Shown here in pieces: positions 1 to 12,979 of a stretch of 64,000 nucleotides of DNA; within the stretch, counting starts at the first letter, position 1, and each line of letters starts with the position of its first letter. Position numbers and translations under genes: made by a program. The notes beneath the pieces were generated by a model. The model had not been told where the DNA came from. It saw nothing but the letters and a program-made list of their open reading frames with translations, and made no database searches. Source of the stretch: Iphione sp. A-MEVVRFRX5 (taxonomy: Eukaryota). The stretch is from positions 54,188,001 through 54,252,000 of the forward strand of contig OZ320316.1 in assembly GCA_976226885.1 (NCBI GenBank). Reading direction: 5' to 3'.

Positions 1-371
1 TTAAAACAACATAATTGCAGCAAAAACATGTTTACATGGAAACTGAGTCTAAGACACTACCCTTTATGACTTTGGCCATCAGCACGATGTATACAGATAT
101 ATGTAAGAATACTGAACATATATGTGGTTTGTTGAGGGTTCCAGCATAGGACTTTGACGCAACCATACGAATGATCCTATAGTTGCTCTCTCAATACGTG
201 TACTTTTGGCACTACTTCTGACTCTTACGTATGACTCCTAGGAAACGAATGACCAAATCCAGGGGCTGTGGTCTCGCTCGGTGAATTGTCTGCAAGCCAC
301 ACACACCTTGCCCGGAGGTGAGGCCAGTACGCAATGTGAAGGATGGTGCTGGCACTACTGCCGCTAAACCG

Positions 372-406
372 CGTGTGTGTTTGTGTGTACATATGTGTGT
401 GTGTGT
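372..406. repeat. Imperfect (TG)n microsatellite
   Basis: gtgtgtgtttgtgtgtacatatgtgtgtgtgtgt read directly. Confidence 0.85.
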
Positions 407-430
407 AAAAACGATTCACTGGAGTATTGA

Positions 431-1685
431 ATGTGGTCTATTGAAAGTCCATGTGCGTTTAATAATGGTGAACTGAGAGTCCAGGATATTGACCAGAAGA
501 TCGAGAAAATAATTTGTAAGAAGCGAATAAAAATCTTGTATCTTGAGGGTGTAATACGTAACAGATGGCCCAGCATTAACGAATATATACACTGTTTTGA
601 AAAGTGCATCGTTTACTAAACATTTCCCATGAAGTGCTGGATGAAACAGCGTTTTCCTTACGTGTCAGGTATTTTCTTTGGCTTTTCTTCTCGCAAAGTG
701 CACACTTTAATACAATTGTACTCACTGTTTTGAACCATTTAAACTTTTGGCTATATTTCCCGCAGGCTTTGAATCTGAACTTGATGTTTCTGGCCGGGTA
801 GATGACATGGAGGTGAAGATGATAAACGCTACAGAAGGGTGGCCAGTGGAATCCCAGTCTACAATGAAAATAGCAAGACCAATATAGTCTCCTTCATAAT
901 GTTAGTCATTACCTTACCCGTGTAATTGCTCCCTGTGAGCTATGTTCACTTATGAGCAATTTACTTCACAAAGAATGTTAAAAAACTTACTTCATCAATG
1001 GAAGACAGACTATAACCGTACGGCATCCTGCCCTCTATCACTCTATGTCTTGTATTATCTCATTGTGGATATACTTTCTACAGCTTCTCTATCACTATAA
1101 ACGAGTAGTTCCTACCGTAATGTCGATCGATAGTATCTACAGTTAATACAACACATAGTTCACCAGACTCAAAGAGACTTGGGAAATTAATACAGATTTG
1201 ACTTGCGCTACTCTGCCCATACAACGATACAATTTTTTTCTGCACCGTTTGTTGGAAGTTTGTCGAACATTCAGCAATGGTAAGAGTGAAATCTGCCTTT
1301 ACTAAGGCCCAGTTCATTGGTGCAACAGGGTCTTGTAGAGACAAATGGCGAGGCAAAACATTAGGGAAGTAATTAGGCAGCGGCTGCTTTCCCCTCCAAG
1401 ATTCAAAGTGTAAAAAGGCATATGGCTGAGATAAGAGCTATGCACACCGTGAGAATGGATGTCCCCTACGGAACCCAAACTGTAAGGCGGCTAAAAAGAA
1501 CAAAACAGGCAAGACGTACTCCATGTAATGATGGATAAACAAAAAAAGTAAAAACCCATGGGACTGCCTACTGAAAACAATGAATATCCTCATTTGCGGC
1601 CGAAGAGTAAAAGATATTGCTCCAGCGGCAGCTGGCTCAGCAGGTAGCATATGAACAACATATACAGCATGTTCTTAATGTATAA
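431..1685 (+). pseudogene. Decayed intron-containing coding sequence of unidentified family (possibly transposon-derived)
   Basis: Protein-like frames (QDIDQKIEKIICKKRIKILYLEG; FESELDVSG; GGEDDKRYRRVASGIPVYN; LLYHYKRVVP...FTRLKETWEINTDLTCATLPIQRYNFFLHRLLEVC) are joined by two short pyrimidine-rich GT-AG introns (669-765, 1018-1083). It is interrupted by in-frame stops (1144, 1156) and frameshifts. Confidence 0.45.
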
Positions 1686-2582
1686 CGTTCACTTTCATAT
1701 GGCTGAATATTTTATTTATACCCGAACAAAAGGTAAATGCGGAGTATCTATTTCGAGAACATGAGAGATAAAGATTTCTCGAACATATAAAATTCATGTT
1801 TTTTCAAATTCATCCTTTCATTCTATATACATGCATTCTAACATGTCACTTCAGAAACAAGGCCTTACAAGACCACTGAAAGAAGATGGATCGTCAATGA
1901 AGCGACTAAATTTTACATAAAACGGACACGACAACATAATGGGTATGCTTAACTTCTGTGAAGATGTTCTTTCACCGACCTACGATTTTGAACATCACCT
2001 GCAATCACTGTTCTATGTTGTTTGATTGATGAGGGCACTAAACTGCTTAAGTCTAGTCTGAGCGGACGTATAAATGAAAATATCTCTCCATAAGGGAGGC
2101 CTTTATAGCAAAAAGCCCGAAGGGTGAGTGAAAAGCGGGACCCTACGGAGTAATGAGGAAGGATGAGTGGAAGTAGATTAGGAGCATGAGAAGGAAGACA
2201 CGGGCCTATTGGTACATGCATATTGACAAACAGAAAGCAACAAACTGGTGTTAAAGAAGTGATATGGACGGAAGTACAGGTGCAGTAAATTTCCGTTGAT
2301 ACAATACCAAACCACAATTAAAAAAAAAACTCAGAGGCACTTAGCCTTCGCTTGGGTTGTTTCTCTTGGTTCCCCTTTTTCAAGATTTTCCTTTTTTTCA
2401 AAAGAGATGGCGTCAACCATAACGTGTACGGACGCTTAAAAAACACACCACACATTAATTTCTCAGTTGGCTACCATTATGGAAGGGCGGGTGCATAGAA
2501 ACAATGTGGATGAAAATTATTAATAAGGGCGAATAATTAGGGTGACATTAGGCGCCGCCTCACCACATCCCCCCCGCCAGTG

Positions 2583-2617
2583 AACAATGGCATCAGAATG
2601 CCTATTGTCTGATGCCA
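2583..2617. promoter_or_regulatory. Inverted Sox/HMG site pair within overlapping inverted repeats
   Basis: AACAATG at 2583-2589 and CTATTGT at 2602-2608; 10-bp arms TGGCATCAGA/TCTGATGCCA at 2588-2597 and 2608-2617. Confidence 0.35.
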
Positions 2618-2888
2618 GCACAACGTCACGGCCGGATCAAAACCACTTAGCAAATCGTATCATTTCCGTTCATATGGTTTTGTACGTTTTGTACTCGAAG
2701 CGCGACTGGCGTGAGAGCATTTTCCTGGGCGCTGATCAAGACAATTGCGCTTAAAACAACGACCATCGTGAGGGGTATGGGTCAAAAGGACTTTTCATCT
2801 ACTTACAAGGAGTATGTGCATGGAGTTTATAAATATGTGCATGAAGAGGGGACATAGATGGAGAAAATACTGTACAGGCCTTTCAGTA

Positions 2889-2960
2889 AGACAGAGAGAG
2901 AGACAGAGAAAGAGAGATAGAGAGACAGAGGGAGAAAGCGAGAGAGGGAGAGAGAGAAAG
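2889..2960. repeat. GA-rich simple repeat
   Basis: Degenerate (GA)n/(GAGA/CAGA)n purine tract. Confidence 0.85.
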
Positions 2961-5386
2961 GCACAGAGCGGCGGAAAAACAGGAACATAACAAAGGCAAA
3001 CTGGAGGAGACTGATAAATACATGTATAGAGAAAAATCAGGAAGGCACGCCCCATAACGAGTCATTTACAAATAGAGCTTGTCTACTGCAGCAAACAAAC
3101 TTGACAATCTAAATACAACGAGAGAGACAGAGATACTGAGATAGAAAGAGAAAGCGAGAGGAAAATTAAAAAAAACTGAGACTAAATCAACAGCGAGAGA
3201 AGGGAGAAGAGAGTCCTGACACAGACCCGTTGGTTCTGCAAGTAGTATAGAAAATTGTCGGTTTCTTAATGGGTATTGTGCACGTGAAGAGTCGGGAACA
3301 AGTCTCACCGAGTTATAAATGCATTGACGCTATCAGCTATCCATTCGGTACGTACCCACTGAGCAACCTGATAATGCTTACGAAAACCGGCATGAGCTTG
3401 CCAACAAATAAGTCAAACTGTATCAGAAAATCGCAACTGAATGGAGCCTATTTACGAAAAAAAGCCTCCTAGGCAATAAAACATCATCAGCAATACGGAG
3501 CGAGATGTTTTCCTTCCATTTATATATGTAACTGGACACTCTTCAGTACATTCTCAAAGCAATTTAGAACATCCAATAGATAACGTGTCATACAAACGTT
3601 TCATAAAGATACCAACAGGATTGATTTGATGGTACACAACTGCTGTTTCCGTGTCGGGTTACTGCTCATACGCTGTATTTTAGCAGGACACTGTGCGTCA
3701 CAGGCTGGCCTCATTTTCTATTTGCCCTGTATGGAGCAAGCATTTATTTTCAGTTTGAAAATATACAAGTGTATGTAAACATAGTGAAAACGAATGGATA
3801 CCATCTTCCTACAGAAAGATGTATTTGAGGTGGCGTATTATAATCAAAACTTCTGAATGATTACAAGATAAATTACTATTCCATTGTGATGCCATATATC
3901 ATATGGCAATTTTCTGTAAAAGTTACCTATCTCATTTTACCGTTTTGGTATTCTCCAGGACAGGAGAAAAACTCTTAAAGCCCACCAATCAGTAAGTCAG
4001 GGGGCACATACGTCAATCAAATAACCATAATCAAGAAACTATGATGCTTCAAATAAATGACAACCAAAATGAAATGTAGCAAGTACAGTATATTGCACTC
4101 GCACAGATTTCAATTCCGTCATTTTGGAGAGCATCTACGATACTGCTATCATCATCGTGTTAAGTAAAGCCCTGATATAAGTAAGGGAAGACAGAGGTGG
4201 CCTCTTGTCATATATGAAGCGGCGTTATGTCGATGATTTTACTCGACATTTGTTCTATGATATATCCACTTTGGGTCCGAGATTTACCGGACAGTATGTG
4301 CAACTGCTGCAAGTGTTGCTATGTCCAAATATGGACACAATTCACGTTCAGTATTAGGTCTGCTGCACGGCAGCTACCATGCTGCTCAGAATGGAGATCC
4401 GAAATGATGATAGTTCACTTCAATGACTTGCGAACATTTGTTATGAACCGTGCAAAATACGGACTCTGACTCCCTGTCACGGTGTTTTAAAACAGGGATC
4501 ATAGGGACTGAGAGTTATATAAGAACGTAATCGTGTAAACAACTGACAGGCAATAGGGAGGCTCCCTGTTATCGTTGGGGCTCTTTATATTTACTTTTAT
4601 TTGCTTTATCGAGAAATGTCGGGATACAAGTTTCACTCCGCAAACGGACTTATTTATATCGTATCTGCTCTATTAACTTGTCTTCCTAATATACTCGTAT
4701 TCCTTCCAAACGTCGTAACCCACCCATTCTGTGTGACGCAGATTTTCATCTCATAAATTACACCCATGAATTGTGATATTTCATTTCCACTGGAGTATCA
4801 TAACTTCCTTTTCTCTTTCCATTGAGAATTATGCTAATCAGAATTGTTTGTAAAGCAAATCTAATTGAAGCAGTGGGTGCTAGCAGCTGGTCCATGACCA
4901 AATGGGAGCGGAGAAGGATCATGCTTCCCATGAGGTCATTTGCTATATTGGACGTGGCGTAAAACCTGCTACTAAGCCAGATGCTACCCTGAGAAATGGA
5001 AGTTTGTTCCATTGGACTGCCATTTCTATGGTGAGTCAACCATGGTCATAATGTGATAATCATAATGGTGCATCTCCATGGTGATTACAAACAATTTTGT
5101 TATTGATGAAATTATCACATAAACACCCATTTTCACAGTATATCATTGAACCTATGGGTGGACTGAGTCTTTTGCAATTCATTGGGAGATAATTTTGTCA
5201 AAGGTTTTGCCATATAGGCGCTCAGTAGGCATCTTGTGTGTTGGCTTCGAGGTATTCAACTTGTGTTGATTTTGTCAGTCTATGTTGACTCTCATTTTTC
5301 TCAGTGTGTCTACACACCATGCTCTGAGGAGGGGTGACCGTGTTGGAAAAATGTTTTTGGACGAGGCATGCGGCTCCGCTCCTCTG

Positions 5387-5629
5387 TTATGTCGTGTTCA
5401 GACTGCAGGGGGTGTGAGTCTGTATCTGGTAAATCCAGTTGCGTTCTATGGTGTTGCGCAACCTCATTGCCGCAGGACTCTCAGGATTCTTGTGGATGAA
5501 GTCCACTAGCTGGATGCTTACATCCATTAATCCCTGGTGGTTGTTTGCATTGAAATGATTGCCCATATCTGTACACAGTATCTTTCCATTCGCTCTACTA
5601 TCACTTAGGGTATGGATGGTATGGTACAT
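5387..5629 (-). mobile_element. Penelope-like element fragment (C-terminal half of GIY-YIG endonuclease)
   Basis: ORF 5387..5629 reads GNHFNANNHQGLMDVSIQLVDFIH...RLRNTIERNWIYQIQTHTPCSLN, matching the PLE C-terminal pattern HFN..H...E..WI..L.T..P.GLN. Confidence 0.72.
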
Positions 5630-7938
5630 TTTATTTATACGTAATCGAATTATTTTAAGGAACCCCTGGGGTCTACTTAAAGGTATTAAAACAGTTCCCC
5701 TGACTAAAGGAAATCCATTAAAGAATCATGCTATTTCTAAAAATGTGAAACCTTGTATCTTTCACAAGGAAAGCCTTGCGCGTGCAGTCGTTCCTGTCCT
5801 TTAACGCTTGAAATGAAGAACAGCAGCATAGTTTCTTTCTTTATGCAGTAGCTGGGGGTATTCGAGACATTCACCGTGGATGCAGTATCACCGTAAGCAT
5901 TGGAAATGACCTGTCAGCCCCCAGAATTTATCACTGCAACAGTAGGTACGTTCGACGGCTTTGTTAACTGTAGCATTTTGAACAATGCGAACTTTTTTTT
6001 ATACTGTATAATCCAATTTTAAGTATGCAATGTACCAGGTACTTTTTCATTTGTACATTCTAGAAACATGTTTGACATTTCGATAGAGAGGACAAATCTT
6101 TTGACATTTTCAGGAATGCTCTTATATATCTTCTTACATATAAATATGGCTTGCCTTGTTAACAGACTTCATATTCATTATGAAAGCCGCTCTGGATAAA
6201 TACCCATAGGTCATCTTTAAAGTTCGTCCTCATTCCCATCTCATGCCGTATAAAGAGATCAGCATACTGTTTTGATAGATATTTGCATATGGCCAAAAGA
6301 TGGTTCATGAAAAACTGAAATATCACGTAGTAAAGCATACAATAATTTAGGAAAGAACAAACTCCTCCCATCACCTCCACCCCATTAACCTTACTTAGGG
6401 CATGTTTGAAGTACGGGGATATTTGTTTCTCCTGACACCAGGCATTCAGCGATCATATCCTTGCTCGAGTAATAAATCTATGACTGTCTACTTTTGTGTT
6501 AAGTATCAAATACCAAATAACCACTGTAGCATTCAGAACTGCTCTTAATATGATTTGCTGTTTGCTCATTGAGTACTATTTGACTATGCGCCTAGTACAT
6601 GTATATATTTAACAAATAAAATCCCTCATTTGGGAGAGTACCTGGCAGTTTGACTGTAGAGTAGTAGGAGATCTTTAGATGAAGACGCTGTCTAGGGATG
6701 TCATGTTGATTATTTATTTTTGATATTTAGAGTGGCATTAGTACAAAGAAATATATGACAGAGCACAAAATGAACTAGGTTATTTTCAACAATGTGATTT
6801 TTTCATTGTTGAGAAGAAAACATAACGGTGCCACATTTGATTTTATAGCCGTTTCATGTTTTTGAGCTCAAATCATCTAATTTACAAAGTATTTCATATT
6901 TGGATGGCAATGTTACGTCGTTTCTGTATTTTTATCGTGTTTCCAACCCAAACTTCTGAATCAAGTCATCAAGCACCCACCATATTGAGATCCTGAAAGC
7001 CAGTAACACTTTGCCTTATAATCCTACCCGTGAGTATGTCCTCAGACGAGCACACTGCGAGAACAATCGCTGTTAGGGACAACACACAACTAACTACGCC
7101 AGGAGTGTTAGAACCTTAGTCTTCCCATCCCCCACCCCTATTTGATGGTTTTATCAAGGCCACTTAATAGTCCCGTAATACTCTCAAAACAAGGAAGCGG
7201 ACCTATGAGTTCTACCTTCCCTCACCGGCCATTCAATCAAGTGGAACCAATTAGTTCTGCCTAGGAATGAAGACATAAGCTTCATCCCTAGAAATCTACA
7301 AGCTGACTGACTCTATGTGGGTATCTGTGTGTACAACTACATATTAAAACGCATTAACCTGATTTTTAAATCCTTTGGAATTATATAAAAATAAGATAGT
7401 AGCAAGAGTCCATATGGAGAGACACCATATCATAAATCACAATATTTTGGGTTCAAAACAAAAAGTTTTTGCTATTACTAGAACCATTCACTGGACTCCC
7501 TTGAAACTTGACACTGTACATCCTCAAACATGTATCTCTATTACCTCAACAGTATGTACCACTAGGACATAATGGTGACTATACATCTTGCATTAAGCAA
7601 AATGTACAAGGTACACGTGTAAGATTCACATGCGCTGTTTGCGGCCGTAACGGTGACATCTTCACCTAGTAATGATATGAACATCTATTCTGGAGATACT
7701 TACGACTGAAGACTTTTTATCACTGAAGACGATATTTCCTTTTTCCGTGACAACAACAAGAAACTGTAGCAGGCCTATATTTATTTGGAGAGACTGTTTT
7801 CGTAGCTTTTGTGAAGTGTGATTAGCTCAAATTGTCAGCTCCCAGGGATACGACCTTGGGGTATTGACTCGTCAATTAACTTAAGATAATCCATTTTTGC
7901 TCGTTAAAAGCGTTCGGTGGGTTAAAACGCCACTGATC

Positions 7939-7951
7939 GTTGCCATGGCAG
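7939..7951 (+). promoter_or_regulatory. RFX X-box-like motif
   Basis: GTTGCCATGGCAG; the first 12 nt match the X-box palindrome GTTGCCATGGCAAC. Confidence 0.3.
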
Positions 7952-9007
7952 TGGGTTTGCCATTCCTGAAGGCGAGGTAACGTTTTCCAAATAATTTGGT
8001 GATGTTTGAATACTGGTGATTGTAAGTATCTGGGTTTAATTATGTTAATATGATTAAACATGTATATGTAGGCACTTGGTGTCCGAGGCAACAGTATAAA
8101 ATGGAATACATCTACAAAGAAGTTGCTCCTGGAGAGGTTGTTGAGGATCTTCTATAAACCAACAATATTTTCAGTTTCTTGTGAAGTTATTTACAATCCC
8201 TCCATAATCGTTCTCGTTTTTTTATGAAGCGATCGTCGGGAAAGTAGAAAGAGTAGAATCCTTTTAATAAGACCATCGTGGGTACTTTCCGAAAAGATTA
8301 TATAATCAGTTGCATCTACCAGTTGGAGCTGCATCATGGAGGTTGGGAGTGTGCGATTGGAACTCTCAGGTGTGTGTGCGTAGAGAGGTGGAGGTGGTGG
8401 TGGCAGGAGAGCTATTACCATGGCCAGTGCTCATGGCCTGAGCTCCAAACCTAAACCATCCAAGTAAGACTTGTTTATCATCTCTATACGGGCGTCGTTT
8501 ATCATCTCTATGCTACCTGGCGTATACCATATGAACAATTCTTCACAGAAGTGGAGGTCAGACTCAGATAGTACTTATGTTGGTCCGACCTGAACTGATA
8601 AAATAGTTTTTGGATGATCAGAGTCCTAGTTTATGAGTGAAAGTTTACTGTATATCAAACACTTCTTCACAATCCTATTGTTAGTATTTAGTCTGACCGT
8701 ATTGAAAAAAAATCAAATAAAGGTGGAGATTTTACTCAGAATACACATCCCCCCTCACAATTTATCAGTTAGTCCTATATATAGGAGGTTTTCAAAGACG
8801 AAAAAAGGAATGAAGGTTCGTGGTAGATAAGGAAAAGACCCGTAGATGTACTAGTGTAAAGAAACACCTCCTGCCTAACACATTTTACATATTTAGTGAG
8901 GGTGAAGTAAATATACTTAGGGGATTGATTTGACATGAAACTTCAGTAAACGGAGCAGCCACGCTTCGTGAAAGCCATAAGTCAATACTAGAAACCTGTG
9001 GCGATGC

Positions 9008-9152
9008 TGACGCTGACGTAGAATGACGTCGAATGACGTCCTGCTCAGCGGCCGAGTATTTGATAGAGGTTTAAGAAACACACTTCAAAGGGACGGGAAT
9101 GATAGAAATTTGACAGTCACTCTGACACACAGCCAACCCGCGCGGCTTTGAT
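9008..9152. promoter_or_regulatory. Clustered CRE half-sites plus TCF/LEF sites (candidate enhancer)
   Basis: TGACG at 9008, 9014, 9024 and 9034 (GAATGACGTC duplicated at 9021-9040); CTTCAAAG at 9083-9090; CTTTGAT at 9146-9152. Confidence 0.35.
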
Positions 9153-12100
9153 GAGACTTTCGGTACGCTGGAAGCGCTGAGTGTGAGCGACTCAAAGCGA
9201 GCAGCTCGGATGCTCACCAATACAAACGCGTCTGTCTTTGGGACCCTCCACACTTGGATGGAGGCAGCTGCTGTAACATGCAGATGCAACGCTCCTATTG
9301 AAATTGGGTCATCGCCCCAGGAGTGTTTTCTTTCCCACTGTACGTGACTAAAAGAGCGCCCACTCCAGAAAGATTCAGGCCCGAGGCTAACAGAGCGATT
9401 TCTTGTTGGAGGCAAGAGAAGGCAATGGGAGCAGCACTAAACACATGGGTTTGACATTCAATCGATGGTTACCTCGCGCTATTTATTACACTCACGTTAG
9501 AGTGGGTCACTAGTGTTGTAAATAGTACTGATGGAATTGCTTCATCATTGGTAGCTAATTACAATGAGACGTAATGCTGAGCCTGCCTATGATGTGCTTT
9601 TCTCGGGATTCTTATGTCTATATGCAGAGTAAACTAATATCCTGAATGACACAGTATGAAAACGATTAAGTGTTTGACAATAAGGCGCGTCTGTTTGTAC
9701 TGTTCAATTTAAACCGAATTTTGTAAAAACAAAACAAAACATAAACACCGGGATGAAAATGGCGCAGCACATACGGACCATTTTGACGGTTTACATAGAA
9801 TCATTATTGCGACAAGGTAGAATCTAGAGACACTGTCATAAATTCCTGTCCAATTTGAAGCATATTTTTGAGCTGATAAAACTACCTCATTTACCCTGAA
9901 GAAGCAGGATCTGTAAGAAAGTGCACAAAACCCCTCGAATTATTTTAATTTCGCACCTCCTTCCTTAAAAGCATTGTTGAGAATCCCTAAATGTGATGGG
10001 TCGGAATCTGCATTTAATATTATTCCTGTGCGTCTTTTTCTTCCGGAAATAAAAAAAGGACTAAAAATATTCTGGCAGGAAAATTTCTTGGGCATACGGC
10101 CAAATGCACCATTACCAGCTCCCACTAGCCTGCCGTCAGGTTCAGTGGCTTTGTTAATATGATATACCACACTGAAAGAGAGAAGCCTGCAGCTAGAAGA
10201 ATTGCCGTGGTATTTGACACTCTTCAACAGGGAGAGCAAATCTCAGTTTTTTTGGTTATTTTAATGCTGTTAGCGGATGGTGACAAGCTAAGACTTCTGG
10301 AGTGAGCTCGGCCTAGAGCTGCTCACGTCTACTACGGATGGTGAGCATATAGCTGGAAGGAAGGGATAATAAAATGCGTAGAGATTCATTTTGCTGGGTG
10401 TCCGTTGGCTTTCTACCCGACCGACGTCTCCAGTGATAAGCTGAGAGGTGAACATCACCCGATAGGATCTACAAGCAAGAAACGCAAAGGAAATTTCCAC
10501 CTCGCGTACAATCGTATCACACGGTCAAGAAAAAGGTGACTCTCCCCGAGCAGGGTCCCTACATTAGCTATGAGGAAGGAGGCAACAATCTCGAGGTCTG
10601 TAAGAGGATTTTGTCAAATCAAGATCATACATGTATGCATCTTCGTTTTACGATATGAGGGATAATACAGTAAATACAGCCCTCACTTGTACTATGCAGT
10701 GATAAAGTTCTAATTTCATAATATAAACAACGCAGCCACACAGATAAGAAATATGTATGAAAGTGATTTTATAGCTTCCTATTGCCGCTTGCACCTATTG
10801 TCAATCAATTCAGAAAGTCGTATTCAATAAAGAATTTCTTAATGCAGACACCATAGCAGCAAAACTTTATTTCCAGGTAATGACGAAAATAATGAAGTCA
10901 CTGTAATGATATGGAGAGGCGAAAGACTGAAGAACAGTCTACGTATATAATTGCTTCGTGTTGCTTTTCATTTATAGTGGGTAAAAATTGCACTGACTTA
11001 TTTAATTTGCCCACAGCAGAAGCTAGCGGCAACAAAACCCTCGTCAGTCAATTAGAATATGTTCCTTGCTAATTTTCTGAGTATTTTGCATTGATCCTAT
11101 TTATCATGCCAGGAGCCAAACATGGCTCCTGAAAGAAAAAAAATCCATTGTGAAAAAAGTCACTCTGACCTCATTGCTGTGACCGTTATTTCCCTCAGTC
11201 AGCATCTATTTATGCAAATAAATCCCCGCTGAGTTGCTTGGTAAGGCTAACGACGATTTACTGCATCCAAATGAGATGGAATTGGTTACGTAAGATTATG
11301 AGAGCTTTCCTCAATGCAACCTTTCCTTTAAGATAACATTCAGCGTCCTTTCCGTCATCACCTCCTCAACAAGTAACCTTTTATGGAATTTATTTACTTG
11401 AATTTCGAGGACGACACATCTGTTAAGTGGCTTTAGAGCAAACGCAGTGAGAAGAAAAACGGGTAACTTACAGTGGAGAACCAGTAGGAATCAGACCTGA
11501 AACTGAGGCGGCTGAAGAAGCCGAGCTCCGAGGCTGGAGCCAGCACATGGAGGTGGAGATGGTCTATCAGCAGCAACGGTTTGTGGTGGAAACCGAGCCT
11601 GAATAAAGACAGGCGGTCACATATAATTGATATTAATATAGACTAGGTATGGTAAAGTATTATTAGGTATTATTTGTTTTGATCATACAACTGAAATAAA
11701 AAGTGCAACTTTCATTAATAACTTCTATCATAGGAGACGCTAGTCGGGTAGCTACCGCAATCAGTGGGCCTAATATAATTCAATGTCTTATCTCTAATTT
11801 AACCAGCAAATCTACTTCGTGCAAGAGAGGCTGATGATGATGATATTGGGAAGAGTAAAAAAACTACCTCAGCTGTCAAACATAAAAAGGGACTTTTTCT
11901 AGGAATCACAAACACCACGGAGAGATCTATTACCACCCAAAAGCCAATCTGTCGTAACGGCAAATTTAAGCAAATGCAGTGCTGGGGCTTACAAATATGG
12001 GTCATAAGGAGGAAAAAAAATTAAAAACTTTATTTGATAAGCTCACTGGAAGAACCCTGCTTGCAAGATTTTTCTCCATGCTCTCTAAAGCAATTGGTCA

Positions 12101-12340
12101 CAAAGGATGACATCAGATGTAGATGGTAACGATATTAGTGAAAGAGTAATTATATACATGAAACACTTGTGAGAACGGGACGAGAGAGAATAAACAGTTC
12201 ATATTTAATCGAGCGCTCTTGAAGGAACTATTCTAAGGACAGGGAAGAAAACCTGTATAGCTCTGTCTTGCGCACTCTTGGACAGATCTTGGTAGCATGT
12301 TTTGTTCCCGAGATGGTGATGACGCCCGGTACCGTCCAGA

Positions 12341-12417
12341 CCACTAAAGGGCGCCATTTGTTACAGGGCTCTAGTTACCCATGTACCTGGCGTCATACAG
12401 ATAGCGCCATCTGGCGC
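12341..12417. promoter_or_regulatory. Pair of CTCF-consensus motifs
   Basis: CCACTAAAGGGCGC (+, 12341-12354, one mismatch to CCACTAGAGGGCGC) and GCGCCAGATGGCGC(TA) (-, 12404-12417). Confidence 0.5.
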
Positions 12418-12933
12418 CTACCGCTAGGCATTTGGTGCCAGAGGTGAGAAATATTTATTGTCCAGGGCGAGTGTTGGCAGGCTTGGAACGCCTGGGGCTT
12501 CGCAAGCTGCTAGGACCAAACCCAGTCAGTGTCGCTGGGCCAGCGTCTAATGGAGGTCACTACAAACGCCCCAACACACTAATACATCAGTATATAATGG
12601 GCATGGGGTGGAAAAAAACTTCACGTATAATATGGTTTCAAGTTAGCACTGCAAAGTGTATGGACGTATGCTCCATGGAGTTCCCTCTTGTAGGTAACCG
12701 AGCCTTAAAAGTGAGTGGCATGATCCGTCATTATTTCTAAGAAGATACAGAGATTATCGTATTTTCCATATATATTTATTTCAATATAACAAAGCTAACC
12801 GGACAGAACCATATGGACAGAAAAAAACGATAGCAAGAAGGACCGGTTTGAAAAGACATTAAGATTGCACACCCAGTTCGTAAGGCGATAAAGCACATCT
12901 TTTTGCAAAGAGAAACCTGCGGGTGTAGTTCAA

Positions 12934-12979
12934 TCTGTCTGCCTGTCGGTCTGTCTGTCTCTGTCTCTGTCTCTGTCTC
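12934..12979. repeat. (TCTG)n/(GTCTCT)n simple repeat
   Basis: tctgtctgcctgtcggtctgtctgtctctgtctctgtctctgtctc read directly. Confidence 0.85.
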
